A stretch of DNA of 64,000 bases from Daejeonella sp. (GCA_039934815.1 JBDTLL010000001.1:1010-65009), one strand, 5' to 3'; counted from the first letter of the stretch, positions 21,141 to 32,210 are shown. The notes: a model not told the origin generated them from the letters alone. Translations and numbers: made by a program.

Positions 21141-22772
21141 ATGGCCAAAAATAGAACTCTTCAATTTTCTCAGTATTTCATTGCTATCCTATTTGGTATT
21201 TTAATAATTCACAGCTGCGCAAGTATTCAACAACCAAGCGGCGGACCAAAAGATATCCAGCCACCGAAAGTGGTAAAGGAAATTCCAAAAAATTTAAACA
21301 GAAATTTTAGCGGCAATAAAATTGAAATACAGTTTGACGAATTTGTAAAACTTAATAGTGAATTTACCGAAATAAGCATCTCTCCTGCCTTGGATAAAAT
21401 GCCAAGTTTTAAAGCGAAGAAAAGTATTCTCGACATAAAATTTGAACAACCCCTGGATTCAAATACCACCTATACAATAAATTTCGGTAAAGCCATTGGG
21501 GATGTAAATGAGAATAACATCTTAAAAAATTATACATACGTTTTTTCAACTGGCAATGAAATAGACTCCTTGACTATTTCTGGAAATGTGATAAGTACCC
21601 TTACTAAAGAAAATTTAAAAGAAACAACTGTATTTGTTTTACCTGTTAAACAGGATTCGCTATTTGGTAAAAAACGAGCTAATATTTTTACCACTACAGA
21701 TTCATCCGGTAATTTTCAATTTAAAAATTTACGCGAAGGCAAATATTTTCTGTATGCCTTAAAAGAGCAAAATAACGATCGCATTTACAACGCCCCTTTA
21801 GAGGAAATAGGTTTTGTTAAAGACACCATCAACTTAAAAGGTAATATTACAGATCTAAAAGTTGAGGTGTTTCTAGAAGACCCTGAAAAATTTAGAGTTC
21901 AGGATAAAAAGATTGAAAACGACGGAAGAATTGTAATGGTTTTTAACCGGCCTTTAATTCAACCGGGTCTGCAAATTATCAATCCAAAGGAACTAAATAG
22001 CACAAAGGCGTTCGAATTCAGTGCAAAAAAAGACTCGGCACTAATTTGGCTACCGGCCTTAGCGTTCGATTCGATAAATGTGGCGCTCTCAGAAAATGGG
22101 AAAAATATTGATACTCAAATCATTTATAGAAATAAAAAGGATACTTACACGCGTGCAATAACAGCAACCGATAATGTTTCTACGGGCAAACTAAGGCCGG
22201 GAAAAAACCTTGAATTAACTTTTACAGCTCCGGTTAAGGAGTTTGATAAAAGTAAAATAAAATTGCTTCAGGATTCCGTAGAGCTTAAAAATTTCGAAGT
22301 ATTAAAAGATTCATCATCCGCAAGGAAATTAATAATTAAAAACGCCTGGAGAACGGAAAGATCCTACGAATTAAACCTGTCAGAAAATGCTGTTACGGAC
22401 ATTTACGGCAATAAATCAAAGATCTATAATCGACAATTTAATCTGGATTCTGAGGATAATTATGGAAATATTGCTATTCAGGTAACTGTACCCGATACCA
22501 GCAAGTCCTATATTGTACAATGGCTAAATGAACAAGATGTCATTTTAAAATCTGATCAGATAAAATCAAATACCACATTAAATTATTTCAAATTTCCAAC
22601 CGCAAAATACCATATCAGGGTAGTTTATGATATCAACAAGAATGGAAAATGGGATACCGGACGAGTTAAAACCAGGGAACAGCCAGAGGTAATATGGAAC
22701 TTCGATAAAATATTGACTTTACGGCCAAATTGGGATCTGGAAGAAAAAATGACTATTCCGCCTCCTCAGTAA
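21141..22772 (+). CDS. Ig-like (Big_5) domain lipoprotein
   Basis: HSC lipobox, P.GGPKD..PP, FDEFVKL, NTTYTINFG, YDINKNGKWDTG. Confidence 0.8.
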   Translation: MAKNRTLQFSQYFIAILFGILIIHSCASIQQPSGGPKDIQPPKVVKEIPKNLNRNFSGNKIEIQFDEFVKLNSEFTEISISPALDKMPSFKAKKSILDIKFEQPLDSNTTYTINFGKAIGDVNENNILKNYTYVFSTGNEIDSLTISGNVISTLTKENLKETTVFVLPVKQDSLFGKKRANIFTTTDSSGNFQFKNLREGKYFLYALKEQNNDRIYNAPLEEIGFVKDTINLKGNITDLKVEVFLEDPEKFRVQDKKIENDGRIVMVFNRPLIQPGLQIINPKELNSTKAFEFSAKKDSALIWLPALAFDSINVALSENGKNIDTQIIYRNKKDTYTRAITATDNVSTGKLRPGKNLELTFTAPVKEFDKSKIKLLQDSVELKNFEVLKDSSSARKLIIKNAWRTERSYELNLSENAVTDIYGNKSKIYNRQFNLDSEDNYGNIAIQVTVPDTSKSYIVQWLNEQDVILKSDQIKSNTTLNYFKFPTAKYHIRVVYDINKNGKWDTGRVKTREQPEVIWNFDKILTLRPNWDLEEKMTIPPPQ

Positions 22773-23274
22773 ACCATTTGGAGTACATGATATAATTATC
22801 GGGAAGCTTATCAAGCATTTGCTTTTGAAGATCCGTTAGCGGCTTAATTTTTCTGGCCGGAATTCCAGCATACAGAAAACCAGACTCGCAAATTGTGTTT
22901 TCCAATACAATCGCACCTGCCGCTATAATACAATACGATTCAACAATTGCATGGTCCATTACAATTGCGCCCATTCCAATTAACACTTTATCCTTCAATG
23001 TACATCCATGCACAAGTGCATTGTGTCCAATGGAAACGTTATTCCCAATATCTGTTCCAGCCTTTTGATACGTACAATGAATTACTGCGCCATCCTGTAC
23101 ATTCGTATTATTACCAATCCGTATATAGTTCACGTCTCCGCGGATGACTGCATTGAACCAAACCGAACAATTGTCGCCAATTAAAACATCGCCAACAATT
23201 GTAGAATTTTCTGCTATAAAACAATCAGAACCCCAAACAGGAGATTTCCCTTTAACAGGTAGAACAAGAGCCAT
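22753..23274 (-). CDS. Gamma carbonic anhydrase family (YrdA-like) hexapeptide protein
   Basis: WFNAVIRGD, NVQDGAVIH, GHNALVHGC. Confidence 0.93.
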   Translation of the reverse strand: MALVLPVKGKSPVWGSDCFIAENSTIVGDVLIGDNCSVWFNAVIRGDVNYIRIGNNTNVQDGAVIHCTYQKAGTDIGNNVSIGHNALVHGCTLKDKVLIGMGAIVMDHAIVESYCIIAAGAIVLENTICESGFLYAGIPARKIKPLTDLQKQMLDKLPDNYIMYSKWFTEEAE

Positions 23275-23286
23275 TATAAATAAATA

Positions 23287-24873
23287 TTAAAAAACTGTAT
23301 CGTGTGGATTTTCTTCGTGAAACGGGTAATCAGTTGTAAAATGTAAACCTCTGCTCTCTTTACGTAACATGGCAGATTTTATCACAATAAAGGAATTTTG
23401 AATCACATTACGAAGCTCACAAAGCTTTAAAGATAGTTTTGTGTGCTTATAAAAGCTTTCTGTTTCCTCATACAACAATCCCAATCTTCGCATAGCACGA
23501 TCCAAACGAAAATCAGAACGAACGATACCGACATAATCACTCATTACTTTTTGGGTTTCTCGAAGATTATGCGTTACCAAAATATCTTCGTCAGACAACT
23601 GCGTATTCGTTTCATCCCATTCTGGAATATTCTCCGGTATAGAATATTGACTAAACGATTTAGATGAATCAAGGTAAATCCGATGTGCAAAAACGGCGGC
23701 TTCCAGTAAAGAATTTGAAGCGAGCCGGTTAGCACCATGTAAGCCAGTAGAAGCGCACTCACCACATGCATATAATCGAGAGATCGAAGACTTTCCAAAT
23801 TCATCAACCATAATTCCTCCGCACATATAATGAGCAGCAGGAGTTACCGGAATCATATCTTTGGTCATATCCAAACCGATACTTAAACACTTTTCATAAA
23901 TATTCGGAAAATGTTCTAAAATATCTGCTTTTGAGCGATGCCTTATATCTAAATAAACAAAATCATCGCCCGATTTCTTCATTTCAGCATCAATAGCACG
24001 TGCAACAATATCGCGTGGAGCAAGAGAAAGGCGTTCATCATACATATGCATGAATTCTTTACCATTTTTCGTTTTCAACACACCACCGAAACCTCTTACA
24101 GCTTCAGAAATTAAAAAAGAAGGGTATTCACCAGGATTATATAAAGCCGTAGGATGAAACTGAATAAATTCCATATTTCTAACCTTACCTTTTGCACGAT
24201 AAACCATTGCAATACCATCACCGGTTGCAATAACCGGATTGGTAGTATTCGAATAGATATGCCCGGCACCGCCGGAAGCCATTATGGTTATCCTTGCTAA
24301 TATCTTTTCTACAGTGTTATTAACAGTATTTAATGCGTAAATTCCATAACAAACAATATTATCGGAGCTCTTATCAACAAATTCTCCTAAATGATGCTGG
24401 GTAATTAACTCTATCGCAAAATAATGTGTCAATATCTGGATATTTGGATTACTATGAATTTGTTCGAGCAAAGCTCTTTCAATTTCATATCCCGTAATAT
24501 CTTTATAATGTAACACTCGGTGTTCAGAATGACCTCCTTCTTTCGCTAAATCAAACGTACCGCTTTTATCTTTATCGAAATGAGTACCATATTTGATAAT
24601 TTCCTGTATGCGCTCAGGACCTTCAGTCACAACCAGTTTAACAATCTCAGGATCACATAAACCATCACCCGCTATCAAAGTATCTTCAATATGCTTTGCA
24701 AATGAATCTTCTTTATCTACAACTACAGCAACCCCACCCTGGGCATATTTAGTGTTAGATTCGTCTTCATTTGCTTTGGTAACTATCAGAACCTTACCAT
24801 GTTGCGCAGCTTTTAAGGCCAAACTTAAACCGGCAATTCCCGATCCTATAATTAAAAAATCAATGTCCTTCAT
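23287..24873 (-). CDS. nadB: L-aspartate oxidase
   Basis: GSGIAG, YAQGG, EGGHS, QFHPT, GLHGANRLASNSLLE; divergent from nadA. Confidence 0.97.
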   Translation of the reverse strand: MKDIDFLIIGSGIAGLSLALKAAQHGKVLIVTKANEDESNTKYAQGGVAVVVDKEDSFAKHIEDTLIAGDGLCDPEIVKLVVTEGPERIQEIIKYGTHFDKDKSGTFDLAKEGGHSEHRVLHYKDITGYEIERALLEQIHSNPNIQILTHYFAIELITQHHLGEFVDKSSDNIVCYGIYALNTVNNTVEKILARITIMASGGAGHIYSNTTNPVIATGDGIAMVYRAKGKVRNMEFIQFHPTALYNPGEYPSFLISEAVRGFGGVLKTKNGKEFMHMYDERLSLAPRDIVARAIDAEMKKSGDDFVYLDIRHRSKADILEHFPNIYEKCLSIGLDMTKDMIPVTPAAHYMCGGIMVDEFGKSSISRLYACGECASTGLHGANRLASNSLLEAAVFAHRIYLDSSKSFSQYSIPENIPEWDETNTQLSDEDILVTHNLRETQKVMSDYVGIVRSDFRLDRAMRRLGLLYEETESFYKHTKLSLKLCELRNVIQNSFIVIKSAMLRKESRGLHFTTDYPFHEENPHDTVF

Positions 24874-25279
24874 AAACAGGAATTAAAACATCTGGTATTA
24901 AACTATTGTTAACAACCGTACCAAAGATGTTAATATTGTATTGGTAGTTCTCTAATAAAAAGAAAACTTCTGTATAAATTCTTAACAACACCCGTAATTA
25001 GTTTATTTTTGAAAAAGTTATCAGCCCAAAAATTGTACTTCATCAACATTTCAAATCTGTGAATAATTACACAAATAACATTTGAAAAAAAACAGAGATT
25101 TATAAAGAACCCTGATAATCAATAATGTAGATACTAAGTATTGTTTACAAATTGTTAATAAATAGTGAAAAACAATTTATGCAATAAAAAGTATATCGAC
25201 TTTCTAACATAACTAACACCCTAATAAACAATAAGAATCTTATATAAAGATTTAATTGTATTTATTGATGACGTTGATA
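24874..25279. other. Candidate replication origin (oriC) in the nadB-nadA spacer
   Basis: Perfect DnaA box TGTGAATAA (25058-25066), several TTATYAACA-like variants, and tandem boxes + CCC + trio-like run + AT-rich tract at 25201-25260; parS/mnmG about 6 kb away. Confidence 0.65.
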
Positions 25280-26272
25280 ATGGATACCTTCGAAGAATTA
25301 AATATTAAAGGTTTTATAGACGAGCCTATCGATCCAACACTGGATCTGTTTGAGGAAATTAACAAACTAAAAAAAGAGAAAAATGCCGTAATACTTGCGC
25401 ACTATTACCAGGAACCGGATATTCAGGATATTGCTGATTATATTGGCGATAGTTTAGGTTTATCGCAGGAAGCTGCAAAAACAGACGCTAAAATTATTGT
25501 GTTTGCCGGAGTGCATTTTATGGCCGAAACAGCCAAGATTTTATCTCCTGAGAAAACAGTTTTATTGCCGGATTTAAAAGCAGGTTGCTCTTTATCAGAT
25601 AGTTGTCCGCCAAAGTTGTTTGCAAAGTTTAAGGAAAAATATCCCGATCATATGGTGATAACCTATGTAAATTGCACAGCAGAACTAAAAGCATTGAGCG
25701 ATATTGTTTGTACCTCAAGTAATGCGGTTCAAATTGTAGAAAGCTTAGGAAAAGATCAAAAGATAATTTTTGGTCCGGATAGAAACCTGGGTGCCTACGT
25801 AGCGAAAAAGACTGGTAGAGATTTAGTATTGTGGAATGGAGCCTGCATGGTTCACGAAATATTTTCGCAGCAGCGAATTACTAAATTGAAAGAAAGACAT
25901 CCCGAAGCGAAATTTATTGCTCACCCGGAATGTGAGGACAGTGTTTTGAAAATGGCGGATTATATTGGTTCTACCACGGGTTTATTGAAATATACAATCA
26001 ATGATCCGGCAAAAGAATTTATTGTGGCCACCGAAAGCGGAATTATTCATCAGATGGAAAAGGCAAATCCGGATAAGGTATTTATACCTGCTCCGCCGAA
26101 TAACGCCTGTGCATGTAATGATTGTCCGCATATGAAGCGTAACACGCTCGAAAAGTTGTACTTGTGCCTTAAAAATGAATTGCCGGAGGTAACGGTACCA
26201 ATGCATGTGATTGAAAAGGCCAGAAAACCTATTGAAAGAATGCTGGAAATTTCGGCAAGCTTAGGTTTATAA
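25280..26272 (+). CDS. nadA: Quinolinate synthase
   Basis: [35 protein letters not shown]; ATG 25280 preferred over TTG 25256. Confidence 0.97.
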   Translation: MDTFEELNIKGFIDEPIDPTLDLFEEINKLKKEKNAVILAHYYQEPDIQDIADYIGDSLGLSQEAAKTDAKIIVFAGVHFMAETAKILSPEKTVLLPDLKAGCSLSDSCPPKLFAKFKEKYPDHMVITYVNCTAELKALSDIVCTSSNAVQIVESLGKDQKIIFGPDRNLGAYVAKKTGRDLVLWNGACMVHEIFSQQRITKLKERHPEAKFIAHPECEDSVLKMADYIGSTTGLLKYTINDPAKEFIVATESGIIHQMEKANPDKVFIPAPPNNACACNDCPHMKRNTLEKLYLCLKNELPEVTVPMHVIEKARKPIERMLEISASLGL

Positions 26273-26282
26273 TAATTAAAAA

Positions 26283-27332
26283 ATGTTTGAAAATAAAGGA
26301 CGAACAGAAATAGAACAATTGGGTGAATTTGGTTTAATAGATCACCTGACAAAAAATATTAAGATAACACAAAAATCAACTGTAAAAGGTATTGGAGACG
26401 ATGCTGCAGTTTTAAATTTCGCCAATAAAAAAACTTTGGTTTCCACCGATCTTTTACTGGAAGGAATTCATTTCGATTTAGCCTACACTCCCCTAAAGCA
26501 TTTGGGCTACAAAGCGGTTCAGGTTAATTTAAGTGATATTTATGCTATGAACGGCATAGCATCTCAGGTGACAGTTTCTATTGGTATTTCCAGTAAATTT
26601 CCGCTTGAAGCTGTTGAAGAATTGTATCAGGGAATTATAATTGCCTGCGAAAAATATAATGTTGATTTGGTTGGGGGCGATACTTCTGCGTCAAAACAAG
26701 GATTAATTATTAGTGTAACCAGTATCGGTTATGCCGATGAAAAACAAATTTGCTATCGCGATGGTGCAAAAGAAGGCGACCTTTTATGCGTATCCGGAGA
26801 TTTGGGTGGAGCATATATTGGCTTGCAATTATTGGAACGTGAAAAAAGGATTTTTCTGGATAATCCAAAAATACAACCTGATCTGGAGGGAAAGGATTAC
26901 ATAGTTGAAAGACAATTAAAGCCTGAGGCAAGGAAAGACATTGTAGAAGCGCTTCAAATTATGAAAGTGAAGCCAACTTCCATGATAGATATTTCTGACG
27001 GCCTTGCATCTGAAATTATCCATTTATGTAAGCAATCTGATAAAGGTTGCAGCTTGTACGAAGAAAAAATACCAATTGATCCGATGACGTATGATACAGC
27101 CAGAGATTTTGGAATAGATCCAACCGTTTGTGCTTTAAATGGCGGAGAAGATTACGAGCTGCTTTTCACCATTGATCAGAAAGATTTTGAGACTGTAAAA
27201 AATAACCCGGATATATCCATTATCGGACATATTACCGAACCTTCCGCCGGATATCATTTAGTTTCTAAAGCCGGAAAAGTACATCCTTTAACCGCTCAGG
27301 GATGGAATTCACTAAAATCTAACGAGGAATAA
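26283..27332 (+). CDS. thiL: Thiamine-monophosphate kinase
   Basis: GEFGLI, GIGDDAA, NLSDIYAM, DISDGL, GGEDYEL. Confidence 0.96.
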   Translation: MFENKGRTEIEQLGEFGLIDHLTKNIKITQKSTVKGIGDDAAVLNFANKKTLVSTDLLLEGIHFDLAYTPLKHLGYKAVQVNLSDIYAMNGIASQVTVSIGISSKFPLEAVEELYQGIIIACEKYNVDLVGGDTSASKQGLIISVTSIGYADEKQICYRDGAKEGDLLCVSGDLGGAYIGLQLLEREKRIFLDNPKIQPDLEGKDYIVERQLKPEARKDIVEALQIMKVKPTSMIDISDGLASEIIHLCKQSDKGCSLYEEKIPIDPMTYDTARDFGIDPTVCALNGGEDYELLFTIDQKDFETVKNNPDISIIGHITEPSAGYHLVSKAGKVHPLTAQGWNSLKSNEE

Positions 27333-27336
27333 TTTT

Positions 27337-28704
27337 TTAATTTTCAATATCAATCAGGAATTTAGGATCAATTTGCTTACTTGCTTTTGCTCCTAAATTT
27401 TTGATCTTACTGGCAGTGTTTGTTAAGTTTCCACTTCCGTTGGATAATTTATTTAAGGCTTTATCATAAGCTTCATGGCTTTGACGAATATTCTTTCCGA
27501 TAGAATCCATGTCTGTAAGAAAACCTACAAATTTATCGTACATCTGACCGCTTAAGCGAGCAATTTCCATGACATTTCTGTTTTGGCGTTCCTGTTTCCA
27601 AATGCTTGCAATTGTTCTCAAAGTTGCCAGTAAAGTCGACGGACTCACAATAACCACCCGTTTATCCCAGGCATAATTAAAAATTTCTGCATCCTGTTGA
27701 ACAGCAATACTAAAACACGATTCAATCGGGATAAAAAGCATCACAAAATCCGGAGAATTTATTTTGTGCAAATCACTATAATTTTTGGCAGAAAGTTCAT
27801 TTATATGATTTTTGATCGATTGAATATGACCTTTTAAATGAATTATTTTTTCTTCTTCAACTTCGCAATCAACTAATCGGGAATAAGAAATTAGAGAAAC
27901 TTTTGAATCAATCACCAAATGCTTGTCTTCCGGGAGATCAATTATTACATCGGGTTGAAAACGACTTCCATCTGCAGATTGAAAACTGCTCTGCACACGA
28001 TATTCCTGATCTTTAACCAAACCGGATCGCTCTAAAATCCGCTCCAGAATCATTTCTCCCCAGTTTCCCTGCTTTTTATTATCGCCTTTTAAGGCTTTGG
28101 TTAGATTTTGGGTTTCGGTGCTCATGGTTTTATTCAGATCAACCAATTGCGTAATTACACCTTTTAAAATATTGCGCTCGTCAGATTCAGTTTTATAAAC
28201 TTTATCTACCTTTTCTTCAAAAGCTTTAATGTTTTCTTTTAACGGATTGAGGAGAATATCCAGATTTGTTCTGTTTTGCTCTGTAAATTTTAGTGTTTTT
28301 TCATCCAGTATTTTTGCAGCAATTAATTCAAAATCTTTGTTGAATTTTTCCTGATTTTGATCTCTGTCTTTTTGTAATTCTTCCAGTTTTTCCTGCTGCG
28401 CTTTAAAATAAGAGCGGCTGCTTTCTAATGATTTTTCTGCCAGATTCACTTTATCGCGTTCCTGCTGCAACTCAGCTAATAATCTTTCCTGATCTGATTT
28501 TAACAGCCTTGTTATATTTTCTTTCTCCAGTTCAATGTTTTGCGCACGTTCCTGTGTTCGGGCTAATTCTATTTTTAATTCTTCATTTTCTTTTTTCAGG
28601 ATGTTATCCGTATTAGAATTTTGAGGTTTATTATTCCTGAAAAAAAAGAACAAAACAAGGGCAATAAATAGAGCGCCAATTAAAATTAAAACAGAAATGT
28701 CCAT
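27337..28704 (-). CDS. rmuC: DNA recombination protein RmuC
   Basis: N-terminal TM, coiled coil, QGNWGEMILE, PDVII, IDSKVSL, SPSTLLATL. Confidence 0.94.
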   Translation of the reverse strand: MDISVLILIGALFIALVLFFFFRNNKPQNSNTDNILKKENEELKIELARTQERAQNIELEKENITRLLKSDQERLLAELQQERDKVNLAEKSLESSRSYFKAQQEKLEELQKDRDQNQEKFNKDFELIAAKILDEKTLKFTEQNRTNLDILLNPLKENIKAFEEKVDKVYKTESDERNILKGVITQLVDLNKTMSTETQNLTKALKGDNKKQGNWGEMILERILERSGLVKDQEYRVQSSFQSADGSRFQPDVIIDLPEDKHLVIDSKVSLISYSRLVDCEVEEEKIIHLKGHIQSIKNHINELSAKNYSDLHKINSPDFVMLFIPIESCFSIAVQQDAEIFNYAWDKRVVIVSPSTLLATLRTIASIWKQERQNRNVMEIARLSGQMYDKFVGFLTDMDSIGKNIRQSHEAYDKALNKLSNGSGNLTNTASKIKNLGAKASKQIDPKFLIDIEN

Positions 28705-28778
28705 TGCTAAAAAATTTAACACGAATATATTAAAAATGAATATGAGTAGCGGTATTTACTAATTTATTTAGATAATAT

Positions 28779-29918
28779 TTACGATTGTAAAAGCAAATCA
28801 GAAACTTTTTCTCCCATTAAACTTCCAAGGGCAATTCCCATTCCGTTGCATCGAACAGCGCAGAAAATATTGGGTTCAAAGTTTTTAATGATGGGTTCTA
28901 ATTTTTCGCCGAAAGCCATAATTCCGCTCCAGCGATGTTCTATTTTAAAACTCTGTCCCGGGAGGATAACTTCTTTCAGAATTTTCTCCAATTGAATTTG
29001 TACAGGTTCAGTTATACCTAAATTAGTTGTTTCTTCGGCCTTAAAATCAATATTTCGGCCTCCGCCGATTAAAATTCGGTTATTTATATTTCTGAAATAA
29101 TAATAGCCTTTATCATAATGGAAAGTTCCTTTAATTTTTAAATCCGGAATTTCTTCGGTTACTAAAACTTGTCCCCGACCGGGAGTGATATCCAAATCCG
29201 GAAATAACTGAGCGGTAAATGCATTAGTGGCGATAATCACTTTTTTACTTTTGAAAATTCCCTGATTGCAAATTAGATTTACACCTTCGGAGGTGTTTTC
29301 CACGGTTTCAACCTTACAATTGTTAAAAACAGAAACTCCCAGCGATTGCACCTTTTGTAAATAGGCACGCATCATTTTTCCCGTATCAATCTGCGCTTCG
29401 TATTTGTTCTGAATAATTGAGCCGATATCGCGTAAGCCAAATTCGCCTATTTTTGTATTATTGACTGCAAAAATGTCAGGTTTTTGAATAACATTTTTCA
29501 GTAGATTGTTAAAATAATCTATTTTATTAATGCACTTTTCAGCAAAAATTTGGTCTGAATTTCTAAATATTTCATAGCCGGAATTTGGTTGAAAATCTAG
29601 TGCGTCATCGCCTAAATTTTGCCTGAGTTTTTCCAAACCTTTCCAGCGCATTTCAACTATATTCAAAAGTTCATCTTCTGTAGAACTTTCTAACTCATCC
29701 AACATTTCAGAAATGCTTCCAAAACAAGCAAATCCGGCATTTTTCGTGCTTGCGCCAGATGGTAAAAATCCGGCTTCAAGTATCGCGATAGCCAAATTTG
29801 GTTTTGACAATTTTAAATTCAATGCCGCACTTAACCCAACAATGCCGCTGCCTACAATAATTACATCGTAACCGGATAGAAAAGTAGTTTGTTCCCAATA
29901 AGAAAAGCTGTTTAGCAT
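28779..29918 (-). CDS. FAD-dependent oxidoreductase (DAO family)
   Basis: GSGIVG, GASTKNAGFAC, GRGQV, WSGIM. Confidence 0.88.
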   Translation of the reverse strand: MLNSFSYWEQTTFLSGYDVIIVGSGIVGLSAALNLKLSKPNLAIAILEAGFLPSGASTKNAGFACFGSISEMLDELESSTEDELLNIVEMRWKGLEKLRQNLGDDALDFQPNSGYEIFRNSDQIFAEKCINKIDYFNNLLKNVIQKPDIFAVNNTKIGEFGLRDIGSIIQNKYEAQIDTGKMMRAYLQKVQSLGVSVFNNCKVETVENTSEGVNLICNQGIFKSKKVIIATNAFTAQLFPDLDITPGRGQVLVTEEIPDLKIKGTFHYDKGYYYFRNINNRILIGGGRNIDFKAEETTNLGITEPVQIQLEKILKEVILPGQSFKIEHRWSGIMAFGEKLEPIIKNFEPNIFCAVRCNGMGIALGSLMGEKVSDLLLQS

Positions 29919-30018
29919 ATAAGCTCTCAGATTTTTATTCGTTTAAAACCTATCTATTAGACAATAGCTTACCAACATTCGGAATGCTTTTTGAAATAGA
30001 ATTGTAAATTATAAAATT

Positions 30019-30705
30019 ATGGGATTAATGTTAATGATTGTTATTGCTGTGATCAGTTTCATTGTGCAATGGCGGTTTAAAAGTAAATTTAAAAAATACG
30101 CTGAAATACCTTTAACGTCGGGTTTGAGCGGAAAAGATATAGCCACAAAAATGTTGGCCGACAATGGAATTTTTGATGTTGAAGTGATTTCTGTAGAAGG
30201 AAAATTATCAGATCATTACAATCCGGATAAGAAAACTGTGAATTTAAGTCCGGAGGTTTTCCACGGTCGAAGTGTAGCATCTGCAGCAGTTGCCGCTCAC
30301 GAATGCGGTCACGCTGTTCAGCATGCGAAAGCGTATAGTTTCTTAAAATTCAGATCAGCCATGGTTCCGGTAGTAACCGTTTCATCAAAAATGATTCAAT
30401 GGACTTTAATGATTGGCGTAATGCTCCTGATTTTTTCAGGAAACATTATGGTTTTAGCGGTTGGTGTTGGCGCTCTGGCAATTGTAACGCTATTCAGTTT
30501 CATTACACTTCCGGTTGAATTTGATGCAAGTAAAAGAGCTTTAGCCTGGTTGCAAACAAATCGCGGTATTATGCAATCTGAAGTAGAAAATGAGCAGGCA
30601 AAAGATGCGCTTTGGTGGGCCGCTATGACCTACGTTGTTGCCGCATTAGGATCTTTAGCAGCGCTGCTTTATTACGCGAGCATGCTCAGCGGCAGAAGAG
30701 ATTAA
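30019..30705 (+). CDS. Membrane zinc metallopeptidase (YugP-like)
   Basis: DHYNP, AAHECGHAVQH, TLPVEFDAS, AAMTYV. Confidence 0.92.
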   Translation: MGLMLMIVIAVISFIVQWRFKSKFKKYAEIPLTSGLSGKDIATKMLADNGIFDVEVISVEGKLSDHYNPDKKTVNLSPEVFHGRSVASAAVAAHECGHAVQHAKAYSFLKFRSAMVPVVTVSSKMIQWTLMIGVMLLIFSGNIMVLAVGVGALAIVTLFSFITLPVEFDASKRALAWLQTNRGIMQSEVENEQAKDALWWAAMTYVVAALGSLAALLYYASMLSGRRD

Positions 30706-30709
30706 ACAC

Positions 30710-30744
30710 AAAAAAACCTGAATGATTTTCATTCAGGTTTTTTT
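30710..30744. terminator. Bidirectional intrinsic terminator
   Basis: AAAAAAACCTGAATGA-ttt-TCATTCAGGTTTTTTT between convergent genes. Confidence 0.9.
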
Positions 30745-30783
30745 TATAACCTTAATTTGCTATCGCGAAGCAATAGAAATGTG

Positions 30784-31170
30784 TTAGTTTAATTTGTAAG
30801 GAGTTAGTAAATAGAACTCGGGTATGTTAACCTGGAAACGTTCTGAGTCAACTACTCTTTTCATTTCGTAGAAACCCTTCATACTTCCAATATCTGTTTT
30901 TAAGTTGCAGCCAGAAACATATTCGTGATTTTCTCCAGGCTCAATAACAGGTTGCATTCCAACAACACCCTCTCCATCAACTTCGCGATGTGTGCCGTTA
31001 GAATCAAAAATATCCCAATGTCTGTTTAATAACTGAACGCTGTATTCAGTCATGTTTTCGATATTCACTTTATACGCGAACATGAAATGTTCATTCACGG
31101 GATTTGAATACTCAGGTTGGTAAATTGTTTCTACCGACACTTTAACTCCATCAGTAATTGCTGTTACCAT
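30784..31170 (-). CDS. apaG: ApaG protein
   Basis: FAY, RHWDI, GEGVVGMQP, YVSGC, GSMKG. Confidence 0.94.
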   Translation of the reverse strand: MVTAITDGVKVSVETIYQPEYSNPVNEHFMFAYKVNIENMTEYSVQLLNRHWDIFDSNGTHREVDGEGVVGMQPVIEPGENHEYVSGCNLKTDIGSMKGFYEMKRVVDSERFQVNIPEFYLLTPYKLN

Positions 31171-31217
31171 AAAATAAAGATTTATTCAAGATAATAATAT
31201 AATTCAGAAAGCCAAAA

Positions 31218-32210
31218 TCAGGCAATCACAGAGTCAAACTGTTCGTTAATTTCTTCAAGAACAGCATTAATGTCATCAATGTTTTCCAGCGAAACTAATT
31301 TCATTCTGTACTCCTTAAAATTCGGAATTCCTTTAAAGTAATTTGAATAATGTCTGCGCATTTCAAAAATACCGGTTTTAGGACCTTTCCAAACTACAGA
31401 TTTTTCTAAATGGGTTCTGCAAACCTCTACTCGTTCTGTTATTGTTGGTCCTGGCAAATGTTCTCCGGTAGCAAAAAAGTGTTTAATTTCTCTGAAAATC
31501 CATGGATAGCCGATGGCCGCACGGCCGATCATGATTCCATCAATTTCATACTCTAACTTCCAGTTTGCAGCTTTTTCAACACTGTCCACATCGCCATTTC
31601 CAAAAATGGGTATTTGTATTCTTGGATTTCTTTTTATCTCACGAATCAAAGTCCAGTCGGCGCTGCCTTTATACATTTGAGCACGTGTTCTGCCGTGAAT
31701 GGTTAATGCCTGAATTCCGATATCCTGCAAACGTTCTGCAACTTCATAAACGTTTTTGGTAGTATCGTCCCAGCCCAGGCGTGTTTTTACCGTTACCGGA
31801 AGATGCGTGGCTTCCACAACCGCCTTGGTCATTTTCACCATCTTGTCAATATCCTGAAGTAAACTTGCTCCGGCTCCGCGACAAGCGACATTTTTAACCG
31901 GACAACCGTAATTAATATCGATCAGATCTGGTTTTACAATGGTTGCAATACGCGTTGCTTCACGCATACTTTCTATATCGCTTCCAAAAATCTGGATTCC
32001 AATTGGCCGTTCGTACTCAAAAATATCTAATTTCTGACGGCTTTTTGCGGCATCACGAATCAAACCTTCCGAAGAAATAAATTCCGTATACATCATGTCA
32101 GCGCCGTTTTGCTTACAAACAAAACGGAAAGGCGGATCGCTCACATCTTCCATTGGTGCAAGCAACAGCGGGAACTCTCCTAAATCTATATTTCCAATCT
32201 TAACCGACAT
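31218..32210 (-). CDS. dusB: tRNA dihydrouridine synthase
   Basis: LAPMEDV, INYGCP, KTRLGWD, IHGRT, NGDV, MIGR. Confidence 0.93.
   Translation of the reverse strand: MSVKIGNIDLGEFPLLLAPMEDVSDPPFRFVCKQNGADMMYTEFISSEGLIRDAAKSRQKLDIFEYERPIGIQIFGSDIESMREATRIATIVKPDLIDINYGCPVKNVACRGAGASLLQDIDKMVKMTKAVVEATHLPVTVKTRLGWDDTTKNVYEVAERLQDIGIQALTIHGRTRAQMYKGSADWTLIREIKRNPRIQIPIFGNGDVDSVEKAANWKLEYEIDGIMIGRAAIGYPWIFREIKHFFATGEHLPGPTITERVEVCRTHLEKSVVWKGPKTGIFEMRRHYSNYFKGIPNFKEYRMKLVSLENIDDINAVLEEINEQFDSVIA

Noticed and set aside
20000-30000. GC-skew inversion at the candidate oriC
   Set aside because: A few lines look C-rich before and G-rich after 25.2 kb, but eyeballing is confounded by coding bias; not claimed without computation.
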